Source: Paecilomyces variotii (lineage: Eukaryota). Taken from it: a DNA stretch of 64,000 nucleotides. Position 1 is the first letter of the stretch. Each line of letters starts with the position of its first letter. A program made the translations under genes and the position numbers. This document shows positions 19,684 to 33,081 of this stretch, one piece after another. The stretch is taken from the NCBI GenBank assembly GCA_004022145.1, contig RCNU01000002.1; one strand, 5' to 3'. A model generated the notes under the pieces. It did no database searches and was not told where the DNA came from. It was given only the letters and a program-made list of their open reading frames with translations.

Positions 19684-22032
19684 ATGGACGTCGCCGCTGA
19701 GTTTGGTCCGCTTCAAGAACGGGTGATTTCGAAACTAGTACAGACGACCCGTACTGTTGGCCAACTGTCTGCTGAAGACCTCAGTTTCCACAGATCCTCG
19801 AGCGCTGAGATATCCGATAGTCTTGACGAGCAAAGTGGGAGACTTCTATCTCTGACATCATCGTTACTGAAAGTCGCGACTGCGGGCACGGATACCAAAG
19901 CTCCAGTCTTGGAGGATGAAGATTCCATAGAAGACAATTGGCGCGGGGTAGTGGACGTTATCGATACTCTTTTAGAGAAAGCAGATGCTTGTCTAGACGA
20001 ATTTACGGGCGTTATCAAAAAGCTGAGCCCGTCGCAGCAACAGCACGCACAAAATGTGCCGAAGAGGAAAGATCCCACGCAGAAATTTCCTACCATCTAC
20101 GATTATGGCCCTTCGAAAATCCCTAAACCTCAGCTTCAGTTCGACCGCGCTCCTGACAATACCGATGTTAAGCCATTCCGACCGCTCCTCCGAACGAAGC
20201 CGCATGCTATTGTGCCATTGGAGGAGTCCCTACAATTGATAGATTCTGGGAAGGGCTACAAGAATCCATACGAAACTGAAATTCGAGCTGCTAAATACCC
20301 GTCCTCAACCTACACCTCCTCTCCCCCTATTGACTATCTTCCTTTCGAATCGACTACCGCGACATTTGTCGACACTCTTGAAGGATTGAAGGATATGCTA
20401 GAAGAACTGAAGTCAGCAAAGGAGATAGCAATCGATCTGGAACACCATGATGTACATTCGTACCACGGTCTGGTTTCACTGATGCAGATCAGCACGCGTG
20501 AAAAGGATTGGGTCGTTGATACACTCAAGCCGTGGAGAGAGGAACTTCAGCAGCTCAATGAAGTGTTTGCGGATCCTGCCATCTTGAAGGTACTTCATGG
20601 ATCTTCTATGGATATCATCTGGCTGCAGCGTGATCTGGGTCTTTATGTTGTAGGCATGTTCGATACATACCATGCTTCGATTGCCCTCAATTACCCAAAG
20701 AGGAGTCTCAAGTTTCTGCTCGAGAAATTTGTGAACTTCCAGGCCGACAAGAGGTATCAAATGGCCGACTGGAGGATACGGCCCCTTCCGACTGCCATGT
20801 TCGATTACGCTCGCTCCGACACTCACTATCTTCTCTACGTCTACGATCATCTACGCAATGAGCTTGTTCAGAATTCGACCCCTGAACACCAGCTCGTGGA
20901 CTATGTACTTGAACAGTCGAAGAATGAAGCTCTCCAACGATACGAGCGGCCTGTGTATGATGCGGCGATGGGGCAGGGACCGGGCGGTTGGTACGACTAC
21001 CTGGTGAGGAGCCCGGCCATGCTGAGCAAAGAACAATTCGCTGTCTTCAAGGCTGTTCATCAGTGGCGCGACGAAGTGGCCAGGGCTGAGGATGAAGGCG
21101 TTCAGTGTGTCTTCCCGAAGCATGTACTTTTCAGGGTTGCCCAGGCTATGCCCCTTGACCTTGGAACCCTCTTCAGGACTATCTCTCCTGTGACGCCTCT
21201 AGTGAAAGATAGAGCTTCGGATCTTCTAGCAGTGATCAAGGCTGCGAAAATCGCCGGTGCTACCGGCCCAGAATTGCGCGACGTGATGAAACCGAGAACG
21301 ACTACTTCGACGTCGCAGACTGCTGCTCCTAAAGATGTAACTTCCCTCGAGCAAGGCTTATTGACCCCTCTTGAATCGAAGGGTCTCGCCTTGCCTACCG
21401 CTTCTCGGTCTGAAGTTTCTCAATTCTGGGGCGTTGCTCTCGAGTACCAGCCACCGCTCACGCCGCCTGAGTATTCTGTTACGGCTTCGGCGGAAGCTCT
21501 TCGACTTTCTCTCCCCATCCCTGCCATGCCCATGACTGTTTCCGAGGCGAAGGAAAAACTGGGCACCTCCACCGTTCAACCGATCCCACAAGCGAAACCA
21601 CAGGCACCAGCTGCCGCTGCCGATAGTAAAGAGAAGGAAAATGAGATATTCATTGTCAAGGAGAAGGGAGGCCCGCGGAAGCGGAAGGCCGTCGCTGCTG
21701 AAACTACCGAGAGTAGTCTCTCTTCTGAGATTGACGGCAGCGACACGGGTACCAGCCCAGGCGCAAACGAGCAGCAGACCAAGAAGAAACGTACCAAGGA
21801 GTCGAAGAACAAATCAGCTGCGGAAGAATCTCGCCGTCAAACTCAAGACGCGACCCCGTTCGACTATAGTGCTGCCGAATCGGTGCTCCACGCTAACCCC
21901 AGCCAACCTGACAGCCGGCACCACACGAAATCGAGGCGGTTCGACCCATATGCTAAAGCTCTGGAAGGCCCGCGGGGTGCACGAAAGACGAAACAAGAGA
22001 CTACAGGCAAGACATTCACATTCAGGAAGTAA
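19684..22032 (+). CDS. rrp6: Nuclear exosome 3'-5' exonuclease Rrp6
   Basis: PMC2NT-like N-terminus, DEDDy motifs IAIDLEHH / MFDTYHA / ADWRIRPL / YARSDTHYL, HRDC WRDEVARAEDE. Confidence 0.96.
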   Translation: MDVAAEFGPLQERVISKLVQTTRTVGQLSAEDLSFHRSSSAEISDSLDEQSGRLLSLTSSLLKVATAGTDTKAPVLEDEDSIEDNWRGVVDVIDTLLEKADACLDEFTGVIKKLSPSQQQHAQNVPKRKDPTQKFPTIYDYGPSKIPKPQLQFDRAPDNTDVKPFRPLLRTKPHAIVPLEESLQLIDSGKGYKNPYETEIRAAKYPSSTYTSSPPIDYLPFESTTATFVDTLEGLKDMLEELKSAKEIAIDLEHHDVHSYHGLVSLMQISTREKDWVVDTLKPWREELQQLNEVFADPAILKVLHGSSMDIIWLQRDLGLYVVGMFDTYHASIALNYPKRSLKFLLEKFVNFQADKRYQMADWRIRPLPTAMFDYARSDTHYLLYVYDHLRNELVQNSTPEHQLVDYVLEQSKNEALQRYERPVYDAAMGQGPGGWYDYLVRSPAMLSKEQFAVFKAVHQWRDEVARAEDEGVQCVFPKHVLFRVAQAMPLDLGTLFRTISPVTPLVKDRASDLLAVIKAAKIAGATGPELRDVMKPRTTTSTSQTAAPKDVTSLEQGLLTPLESKGLALPTASRSEVSQFWGVALEYQPPLTPPEYSVTASAEALRLSLPIPAMPMTVSEAKEKLGTSTVQPIPQAKPQAPAAAADSKEKENEIFIVKEKGGPRKRKAVAAETTESSLSSEIDGSDTGTSPGANEQQTKKKRTKESKNKSAAEESRRQTQDATPFDYSAAESVLHANPSQPDSRHHTKSRRFDPYAKALEGPRGARKTKQETTGKTFTFRK

Positions 22033-25000
22033 AATGGTGGAAGGGGTTGAATGTATTGCACGACTACGGCGTTGGCTTTTTCTTTGCTGCACAATTCGAG
22101 ATTTTTTTTTCACCTAGGGGACCTGGACGGTGGATGCAACATGCATGTATCTGAAAAATTGTGGCATGGCGATACCCGGGCGTATTTTGTGGTAATATGT
22201 TGTGAAGAGTCTTAACCTGCACATCAATGTAACTTGACATGATATTCGAAGCTATTATTCCTTTCGTATCAGCGGCAACTGCCGGAAATGTAACGAAGTC
22301 CTGGATGCGATATCGAAATTGAGTAACCAGATCTTTCCTGGTGGAGATCCCTCCGTTAAATCGTATCCTTCCGGGTCCAAAAGGGCATCAGCAATCTAAA
22401 TCTACCGTTGGCAATTACTTCCCAGACGAGGCTTTGCTTGAGAAGGAAGTGTACTCTGGTAAACTTTCAGCAGGTAGTTCGACACCTAGCTCAGCAAGAT
22501 TTCCTGATCGACGTCATTGGGAGGATACCTATCTATCTATAAGACTATCTATTCAACACGCGCGAGAGTTTTTAATTATATATAGCAATGAAGCATACCA
22601 GTACATATCGATATACACGTATTATTGTTACCCCATTACTCTACCTTTTAAGACACTTCCTTATATTTTTAGATCTCTCACAGTCCGTTTCCTCCTGTCT
22701 ACAATACCTTGTAACGTTATCCGTTACTAGCAGGGCCTGTCAACTATGTATCCATAGGTAGGTATGTCATATCGGCGTTTAGCGCGAGACGATTTCGAAA
22801 CGAAGCACAGACATAAAATGGGAAATATCGATACAATTACAAACGCACTGACTCCTTCCAACGGGTGATAGTCTAGCCTATTTATTTTGGCCAGTCATAA
22901 CGTAATGATTTCAACTAATCAATTAACTGGAGTTGGGGATACTTGGAAATTGGAATGAATAAATTATACTCTACTGTGAGTGGCAAGACTACGGGGTAAG
23001 GGTTGTACATACATACATATCTATCCATCTATTCATCTATCTATCTCCACACAAGGATATATTACCATGCGAGTAACCCGTTAAAAGCAAGGATGGTTTG
23101 CCTTTCCGTTTTCTTTTCTGTCGCTATCGAGGGTGCTCTTAGGTACTCGAGTAGAGTGGAACAGACGAGCTAAACGACATCCGTTTTGACCGTGTGGGCT
23201 TTTTGATTATTTCAACGTTCGCAGCCACGAGTCTACTAGTCGATTTTAGGTTTAGGTTTTCTAATAGTTAAATGCCACATTATTTTATTTTTGGTGAGTA
23301 TCTACTGCTCGTATTCGGTTGCCCGTATAGATACATATTATTATTATTCCTTCAGAGAACAATGGATGGATGGATGTAGCCGGGTAATAATAATATGTAA
23401 TAATCAGTTAATGGATGATCTTCCGAAAATTGTGGGTGTCGTGTGTTTTTCTCCCCCAGAAGCTTTGATCATTCATTTTATTTAACTATCTCTTACAGAG
23501 TTTGTATAGGCGAAATGAAAGACCCAGACGCACTGATATCATTATGGTATTTGCCATTGAGCTAATTAAGTAACTGCATATTGGATCAGCTGATCTATCT
23601 ACGAGTTTGATTTTTGCTCCAGAATCCATGAGAGATAGGTTTGGTTTGGAGAGAGAGCCAGCCTTCTTCTTCAAAGTTCATCTTTTATCCATTCTTGGTA
23701 TGGAGTAACGTCGTGAACCATAGATTGTTTGCCTTTTTTTTTTTTCATTTGGCTGTGGAGTAGTTATTATTATTATTACCCCGTACCATACTTAACCAAC
23801 AGCTCTTTTTTTTTGACTTCAAGACCCCTGGAAGGCGGAGGGGTCAATGAAGCTGATCGGGCGCGGTTGTCAAGTGGTCCGGCTGCACCGGTGATCCTTA
23901 CTGAGGTGCGATGCAGATGAAATTGACTGGTGTCGATCGACCCCCACAAGCCAAGCCGCTCCGATCAACTGCTGTCGTGAACTGCTCGAGGAGGCTGCAC
24001 AGCATCGAAGAGGAGTCGACGCTCAGTTGCTGGTTGTTACGACAGGCGTTATGAATTCTGCAAAGTCTGGGGGATGTTTTGCCGTGCGCGTCCCGTCTCG
24101 TGGCACGTAAGTGCGTGGAGAAATTCTTTTCGGTATTAGCATCATCTCCCTTGACTAGTTTTCTATTCTCTGATATCAATTCGGGTTTGCACTCAATAAA
24201 TCCGGATGTCTCTTCCTGCCGTTCTTTTAATTGGTGACCAGCAGACGGCACCCCTAGGGATGTGATACACGGGTTTCCTGCTACAGATCACCCTCGATGG
24301 ACGCTACGCTTGCTAGGATCCATGCGTTTCAGCTAAAAAAGCTCGGCTGTGCTTTCGACTGCCGGCAGCCGAGATTGATGTTTTCCTCAGATAGGCGATA
24401 ATAATAATAATAATAGATAGGTGTCTGCTCCTAAACAGCTGAACTTGCTGGCTCTGGACCGGACTTTCACTCGATAACAGATCTGCCCTGGCGCTGTGCT
24501 TGTCAAATCGACTAGATATAGCGCGTTGTACTTCTGCTGCTAGTCAGATTTGGCTTTCTCGGCGAGAGGGTGTAATGATTTTTAACCTGGCAGCCACGCG
24601 AGCCAAAGGCAAATGTACGATCTCAGCTTGAAGACTAGAGCAAAAGAGAGGCCGGAAACCTGCCAAGAGAGGATATGGCCTATGCAGTAGTGTCCGGTGC
24701 CATGTGCTGTAGATAGATAGTCAGGACATCAGTCGCCTTTTGAAACAGTCGACTTATTACCTAAACCAAGATCCGCTGTGGGGAAAGAGGGTTTTTGAAT
24801 AAGACAAAACCCTGTTTCTTTATCTTGAATCATCTGGAGATCTGCGCAAGATACGGTGATAGGAATCCCATCCTCATCTATCGGAATTATTTGCTTGAGG
24901 CTGGCGCGGTTTGATGTCACGGCTGTCATTTCCGTACAATTGACGTACTTCCGCTTGCCTCGAAGCGATGAATGAGACCAACTCTTAGGATGGTTAAGCT

Positions 25001-27868
25001 AGTTCAATTAGTTAGTTACTGATTTACTGCGTCCTCAGCGATCAGAGCCCTTCTGCCATGGCCTGAAAGGACATAGCTTACTCACGCCAGTAGTACGGAG
25101 TAGAGCATCGAGGTGGATCTACCATAGTGTACACTAACGGCAGATACCCTCCGTGAGGTTCATGCGCAGCGGGGTCACCTGTCAGGCTGTCAATGAAGTT
25201 TAGTCGGCCCATTCCGCTCACTAGGATGACCAGAATCAGGATCTTGTCTTTCATAGATTCACAGGTTTTGCCAGGTATGATTGGAACGACAAGAAACTTG
25301 GATCGATCTCGATGCGTATGAGAGGGAATCGGGCTGATGGACAGACCAGGAGATGCATAACTAGGTCCAGATCATCTAAAGTGCTCTGTACAGTACAGTA
25401 GAGCGACTTGGCGTCCAGACATGCCTCAGCAAGACATGATGATCAGCGACAGCCATGCTGTGCGGCTAGAAGATGTTGTACGCTTTGCCCTGCAGCAGGT
25501 GAGCTAAACAGGTGGTGGCATCGAGTACTCCGTACAAGTAGTATACTTACTGAAACGGGTGAACTTGTCATCTCCTATGATCGATCTTGGGGAGTTATAT
25601 TTGCAACTAACGCTGCAAAGAGCCCCATTTGGGCGATGAAGCGACCGCACTGAAGACGAGAGTGGTAGAAATGTTCCGAGGCGGCAGCCGATGTGATCAA
25701 GTGATCAGTTACTCTGGAGTCTGTACTCTGATCAAAAGGGTCTACGGAGTTTTAACTAATAATGAATTGTACTCTACTTGATATACACAGCCCAGTGGTG
25801 CAGCCATGGCTCGGATACTCCCCCACTTGGCCATGCGGGCAGCGGGAAGCACGCAGGAACAGGAACGGGCGTGTTTTTTTGATGCGAGTCGATAGTGGAG
25901 TCTAGTAGAACTCCCGTGAACCATTCTTATAGGCATTTCACCGTTAGATTAGAACAAACGGTGCATGCATCCACGGCACAAGCGGAACTGTGAGCTTCTG
26001 TGCAGCGGCAGATTAACGGCACGTCTGTCTCTGCTGCGGCCTGGGGAACTACTGTACTATGGAGATACAATAATAATAATTATTACTCTGGACTCTACTC
26101 TACTCTAAGACTACTCTAGCCTACGGAGTATTCTACTCTATCCTGGCGCCCATCTCGACGGCCTAGCCGAAGAACGATCCGAGCGACAATCAGGGTGGAT
26201 CAGCCCAGCACACCAAAGGTCAGTCTGTTAACTTAATTACTACAGTAGTTACGGCAGTTGTTAACTAGTCGTACAGAACTACTACTATACTGGAAGAGTC
26301 GACCACAGCGCTGACCGACTAGATAACTTTAGTATGATGGAGTGACCATCGAGAGGAGATCGCGATGGCCCCCCCTCGTTGATACTTTGAGGGTTGGTGT
26401 GAGCTTTTCGCCCTCCCAGGGAATATCAGGGAGTTAGCGTCGAGTCTATCGCGTGCTTGGCCCCTTGCGAGCAGTTGGACTAGGTGAAGTCGAGCTAGAT
26501 AGAGGCTGTACCTTAAACCCAGAAGGGTGGCGACCGCCGGACGCCAGGGCCAGGGGTCAACCCAGGCGACTAGAGTAATAATAACTAACGGCCCTTGAGC
26601 AGCCCAGGGATCCGACTCGAAACGGCGTGCGACACTGGTGGTCCAGCTGAATTCCCCTTGCTTCGTCCTGCGTCAGACGGGAGAGAGGGGGCTTTTCTCG
26701 TGAGTAAACTAACTAATAGTGAACTAGTTGGTAGAGTAATAGTAATACTCATCATCGAGGGAGAACATTATTGTTTGAGACCTGGCGACAGTAAAAGTAT
26801 TATTCTCGTGGGATGGACGGATGGATGCAACATTGGGATCATTGGCCATGCACAAAATGTGTCGACGAGAATAATACAGTAGAGGAGAGTAGTTAAAGTA
26901 CACTACATTAACTACTAACCACCAAAATCCTTATTATCCACCAGGCCAACTGACTCCTCTCTTCTATCTACCATAGTTATTACTCTACCATACTGTTAAC
27001 TTACCCCTGGCCCCTATCCTATTCCTGCTCCTGTCATCGGCGCCACTCCACACTGCCTCCATCCTGACCCATCAAGGCCCGGCGCAAAACCACCTGCCGA
27101 CACGCCAAAAAACCACCCCCCCCCCCCCCCGATCTTTTCTTGTCCAAACCCCCTCTCTCCGGCCGTGTCTGTGACTTTCAGACTCTCGTCCAATCTCTCT
27201 GCTGCGTCTCTGTCGTTCCTGTCTGTTCTCTGTTTTTCCCTTTTTTCCTTGTCCCTTGTGCAGCGCCTCCCGTATCCGCGTCTCGTTCCCTCGTCCACTC
27301 GATTGTTCGCCCATTATCTCCCGACCTACGCCGCTACCGACAAACATCGCATTGCATCGGAAGCGCCCTCTGTTCTGTGGTTCGCCTGGATGCGATTAGC
27401 CTCAGTCCCCATACGAACTCATTGCTGCCTGCAACAATTCGTGATCCGCTAGCAGTTCCCAGACGCCGACTTGCCTTGTCCGGTAATCAGTGTCGACTCG
27501 CCTATCGTTGCGTTCGAGTCCTGTGAAGTAGGAAAAAGCAATTGGTTTCGACAGTCGACCGCCCCGGGCCTGTGTATACGGAGAATACCGCTCACAGTGG
27601 TCGCAGTGGGTGACACCAGTGCAGTGCAGGAATCTGGATACCATAACCCTGTTTACTGGGAATCATATTTCCCCCCTCCGCCGTCTCCTCTGGGAGTCGC
27701 ACGCATAATACTGTCTGGCGTCCTCACCGCTGCTCGCTGGCCGCCACGACGGGAGGTCAATTCGTTTTGTGAATAGCAATTGATATACCTTCCCCGCTCG
27801 CCGGAACGGCCCTGCGACTTTCTCTCTCTTGGGTTGTTGATACCCCTTACCATTCGCATAATTATCCA

Positions 27869-30385
27869 ATGTCCGTCGCAACGATGCTCCAACCGAGAGC
27901 CTCAAGGGCCTCGACGTCCTCCTCGGGGTCCTATCAGCCAGTCACACGGCAGAATACCCTCTCCTCCTCTCACGATGGTCGGTCCGCCCGCCAATCGAAG
28001 CGCATTTCCGTCACCGCGCTGTATCTGTCTATGTCCGCAAAGGACAGAGACCTAGAGATCTCTGATGACCTGGCGAAAGGTAAGCTTCGGCTCGTGCTTG
28101 TTGCGGAAATGGCACCCGGACTAAACATCTCCTGCAGCACAAAAGTACCTCCGTGAACTGAAAGCAAAGATCTCGTCACAATCGAAGAAGAACTTCGTCC
28201 TGGAAAAGGATGTGCGCTATCTGGATTCCCGAATCGCGCTGCTGATTCAGAATCGCATGGCGCTAGAAGAAGTGAGACACCCGTTGACCACACACGATGT
28301 GCTTGCGTTGCTTACAGGACACAGCAAAACGAAGTTGCGAGCCATCTCGACGATTCGGCCGATCCTCAGGAAGGCTTCTTTCCAAACGATGAGAAGACCC
28401 AGAAATACGGAAACCTACTCTTCCTTCTGCAGTCGGAACCGCGCCACATTGCCCACCTCTGCCGATTGGTGAGCATGTCCGAGATCGACTCCCTTCTCCA
28501 GACGGTCATGTTCACCCTATACGGAAACCAATACGAGAGCCGGGAGGAGCACCTGCTTTTAACAATGTTCCAGTCCGTGTTAACCTACCAATTCGATAAT
28601 ACACCCGAATACTCATCTCTGCTGCGCCAAAATACCCCTGTATCGCGGATGATGACTACGTACACGCGACGTGGTCCCGGCCAAGGTTATTTGAAACAGG
28701 TGCTGGCGGACCAAATTAATTCACTAATCGAACTCAAGGAGGTCGACCTGGAGATCAATCCGCTCAAGGTCTATGAGAGCATGGTCAAGCAGATCGAGGA
28801 GGATACCGGATCTCTCCCCGATTACCTCGCGAGGTCGGTCACCCCCGAGGTTGCGGCTGAGAACGAACAGGTGCAGGCTATCATTGTCCCGCGACTGAAG
28901 ATGCTGACCGACATCGCCAACACTTTTCTGAATACCATCATTGACGGATTGGACGAGACTCCTTACGGCATCCGATGGATTTGCAAGCAGATTCGGAGCT
29001 TGTCAAGGCGTAAATACCCCGATGCCCAGGATCAGACTATTTGTACACTGATCGGAGGATTCTTCTTCCTGCGGTTCATTAACCCGGCGATCGTCACACC
29101 CCGCTCTTACATGCTTGTCGATGGGACTCCTTCTGATAAACCCCGGCGGACGTTGACTTTGATCGCGAAGATGTTGCAGAATTTGGCGAACAAGCCCTCC
29201 TACGCCAAGGAGCCATACATGGCCAAGCTGCAGCCCTTTATCCAGCAGAACAAGGAACGGGTCAACAAGTTCATGCTGGATCTTTGTGAAGTCCAGGATT
29301 TCTACGAGAGTCTGGAGATGGACAACTACGTCGCACTGTCTAAGCGTGACCTGGAGCTCCAGATCACGTTGAACGAAGTCTACAGCACACATGCCTTGCT
29401 GGAGAAGCACTGCGCTGCGCTGACTCAGGACCAGCACTCGCACCTGCAAGTCCTGCTCCAGGAATTAGGACCCGCTCCCCCGCAGGTACCCCGAAAAGAG
29501 AATCGGACGATCAACCTCCCGCTGTTCAGCAAGTTCGAGACTGCCATTGACGATCTCACTGCTGCTCTCGATATCACGCAGGAGGAGATCTACTTCATGG
29601 AAGCCAAGTCGACCTTTGTCCAAATCCTGCGTGCACTCCCTCAACACTCTTCCGTCACCCGGCGTCCTCTTCGACTCGACCGGATCGCTGAAGCGGCTGC
29701 CACGCTGAAGAATGACGCTGTCATGGTTCGAAAAGGAATCCGCACCATGGAACTGCTGAGCCAGCTCCAGGAGATGGGGGTCATCGACCGTTCTGACGAC
29801 TTCAGCCTGCTCCGGGATGAGGTCGAACAGGAATTGGTCCACCTGGGGTCCTTGAAGGAGAAGGTGCTGGAGGAGACGAGGAAACTGGAGGAGGTTTTCC
29901 GTACGATCCGTGATCACAACGCCTATCTGGTTGGACAGTTGGAGACCTACAAGTCGTATCTGCACAATGTCCGCAGTCAATCGGAAGGCCCGCACAGGAA
30001 GCCACAGAAGCACCAAGAACTGGGCCCATACAAATTCACCCACCAGCAACTCGAAAAGGAGGGCGTGATCCGGAAGAGCAACGTGCCCGAGAACCGGCGG
30101 GCAAATATCTACTTTATGTTCAAGAGTCCCCTACCGGGAACCTTTGTGATCAGCCTGCACTACAAAGGTGGGTTTCATCTGACTTTCCACCCGAGTCGAA
30201 TGTTTTATACTAACAACCTGACAGGTCGCGCACGCGGGCTTCTCGAGCTCGACCTCAAGCTTGACGACCTGCTGGAGATGCAGAAAGACAACCAGGAAGA
30301 TCTCGACCTGGAGTATGTGCAGTTCAATGTGACCAAGGTGCTCACGCTTCTGAACAAACGATTCGCACGAAAGAAGGGATGGTAA
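27869..30385 (+). CDS. gapA: Ras GTPase-activating protein (GapA/Sar1-Gap1 type; exons 27869-28079, 28138-28271, 28325-30167, 30225-30385)
   Basis: [37 protein letters not shown] (RasGAP signature), [10 protein letters not shown], RasGAP_C-like tail; canonical introns. Confidence 0.93.
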
Positions 30386-31809
30386 AGAGAAATGACGCAA
30401 CACTTATTTTTGTTTTTTTTCATGACATCGATGAAGGGAAGGGCGTTGATCCGATGTACCGCCGCACAAGCCAGGGCGCTCTCGTGTCTCCGGATGACGG
30501 GAGCATAGCTAGCCTCTCCCTCACCGAGATGCTACTGCTACTGTTGCTGTGCGGTGCGCTGGGATCCCGCAATGATCTTCTCGGGCGGGCGCTTTCGGAG
30601 CTCTGCCATGTTACGATTCCAGAGTATGAATACTCTTTTCCTTATACATAATTCGTTTCGCCTCGTCGCTGCCTTTTTTGTTTTGTTTTTTTGGAACGCT
30701 GGTTCTCCTTTTCGCGTTTTATACCATGACGATTGCCAGTTGAAGAGAAAGTACCTAATGCGTGGGAAGAACCCGGTCGATTGCCCTGGCTAGTCGACTA
30801 CCCCGCTGGTTCGGGGAAATCGGGTGGATTGATGGATCTCTAGCGGGGATTGTTTTCTTTTTTCTTTTTCTTTTTTTTTGTTCTGGCCTGTATGTGAATT
30901 TGGGACATCCCCTCTGCCATTTCTGGTTGTTGTTGGTTATTTTTCTTGGTGGTGATGCTGTTCGTCATGGTCCCCCTTTTTCCTCTTACAACCCATCTCT
31001 GTAATAATAGTTACGGTGTTGCTTGGGTGGCAGCACTACGGATACATGACCTCTTTTTTGTTTTGTTTTGCTTTTTTTTTTTACCTGTTTGCCCAATACC
31101 ATTTTGTTGTGTGATGCTCGAATTCATTGTCTTTAACGAATCCCGTAAATGATCTGATTAATATCGACGATTTCTTCTTTCTCTTTTCTTTTGGTTTTCT
31201 AGCTGGCTGTCTGGAGAGGAGGTCGCAGACGTCACCACCGGAGCAGCGCACTAATAGAGTCGGGGGACGGAGACGGGCCAGCACGCCGATCGAGACAGAG
31301 GACGGATGGTTAGTTATATGTATTATTGCCCGTAATAGTCGATTAATTGGCTTGATATCTTGGTGATTTGTCCTTCTCTATCGGCACGTCTATCAGTGAC
31401 CCCTTTCGCCGCCCGTTGATGTATTATTAGTTTTAGCCACCTGCCGTTAACTAGTCCCTAGAGTCAAGAGTCTAAGACAAGACCGCCGCTCGCACACAGA
31501 CTTGACCAAGAACCAGCGCTCGAGGCATCTCCACACGCCACTCCCCCTAACGGCAAAGCAAGACAAGACAGGCAGACGATCAGAGTGCAGCATTCCTCTT
31601 TTCGCGCCTCTCTCCTGGCCACGTTTCTCCGCCAGACTTCCTCTCCTCGCGCCCTAGGACCCCTTTCGGCCAGGCCGTTCTCACCGCCCGCTACGGTCAA
31701 TCTCTCTCTCTCTCACCGACCGGCTTGTATTTATTCATTTCCCCAGAAGTCTTTCCATCAACGCTTCAGCAGCCCAGGAAAAACAGATTTAACTATCCGC
31801 TGAGCAACC

Positions 31810-33081
31810 ATGGCTTCTGCACCGAATCCTCTCCCTCTCGACCCCAAGTACGACGACTATGACTTCCCCACGACAGCCCCCGAGCCGCAGTCTGGGCACC
31901 CCGGCCATACCACCCCCGAGCAGGATGCTCAGGTCGTTCTGCTGCGCTCCACCCTCGAGCAGTTGGGCTACAAGGACCGTCTGGATACGCTGACCCTGCT
32001 GCGATTCCTGCGGGCGAGAAAGTTCAACGTCGAGGCTGCCAAGAATATGTACGTTTCTCCTTTTTTACCCCTCATGCTGCCCGCCCTGATGCCTCGACGT
32101 GCTGGTTACAAACGCCACCTGTCCGCAGGAAACAAGATCATCTCTTCCGCACAGGAGGAACTGCTCCTAGGGACCAATGCAGTAGTAAACTAACATTGGG
32201 ATCGTTTCCAGGTTCGTTGAATGCGAGAAGTGGAGGAAGGAGTTCGGAACCGATGAATTGGTCCGCACGTTCGAGTACACCGAGAAGCCTCAGGTTTTCG
32301 AGTACTACCCTCAATACTACCACAAGACTGATAAGGTATGTTCCGGAGGATCGTCCGTGTCTACCTACCGTCATAATCGAAGATGAGTGCTTACGTGGCG
32401 CGTCCTTAGGATGGACGACCCGTCTATATCGAGAAGCTGGGCAAGATTGACCTCAATGCGATGTACAAGATCACCACCGGCGAGCGCATGCTGCAGAACC
32501 TCGTCTGCGAATACGAGAAGCTGGCTGACCCCCGTCTGCCCGCTTGCTCGCGCAAGGCTGGCAAGTTGCTGGAGACCTGCTGCACGATCATGGACCTGAA
32601 GGGAGTCGGTATCACCAACGTGCCTTCCGTCTACGGCTATGTCCGCCAGGCGTCCGCTATCTCGCAGAACTACTACCCTGAGCGGCTGGGCAAGCTGTAC
32701 CTGATCAATGCCCCCTGGGGATTCAGCAGCGTCTTCGGTGTCGTCAAGGGCTTCCTGGACCCCGTCACTGTGCAGAAGATCCACGTTCTGGGCAGCAACT
32801 ACAAGAAGGAGCTCCTGGCTCAGGTCCCTGCCGAGAACCTTCCCGTCGAGTTCGGCGGTACCTGCCAGTGCCCTGGCGGATGCGCCCTCAGCGACATGGG
32901 CCCCTGGCAGGAGCCCGAATGGACCAGGCCTCCCAAGTGGGCGACTCCCAAGACTGGTAACGATGAGGCTACCATCCAGACTGAGGCGACGGGCCCTCAG
33001 GAAGGCAACGGACAGCCTGTCGCTGCGGGTGAGACCGCAACTGATGCCACCGCTACCGAGGAGGCCAAGGCTACTGCATAG
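31810..33081 (+). CDS. sec14: Sec14 phosphatidylinositol transfer protein (exons 31810-32048, 32212-32335, 32410-33081)
   Basis: [67 protein letters not shown]. Confidence 0.96.

Noticed and set aside
23244-23260. TTTAGG-like repeats
   Set aside because: Only two imperfect units; not a telomeric tract.
32049-32211. Longer sec14 intron as a possible snoRNA host
   Set aside because: No convincing C/D or H/ACA box arrangement visible.
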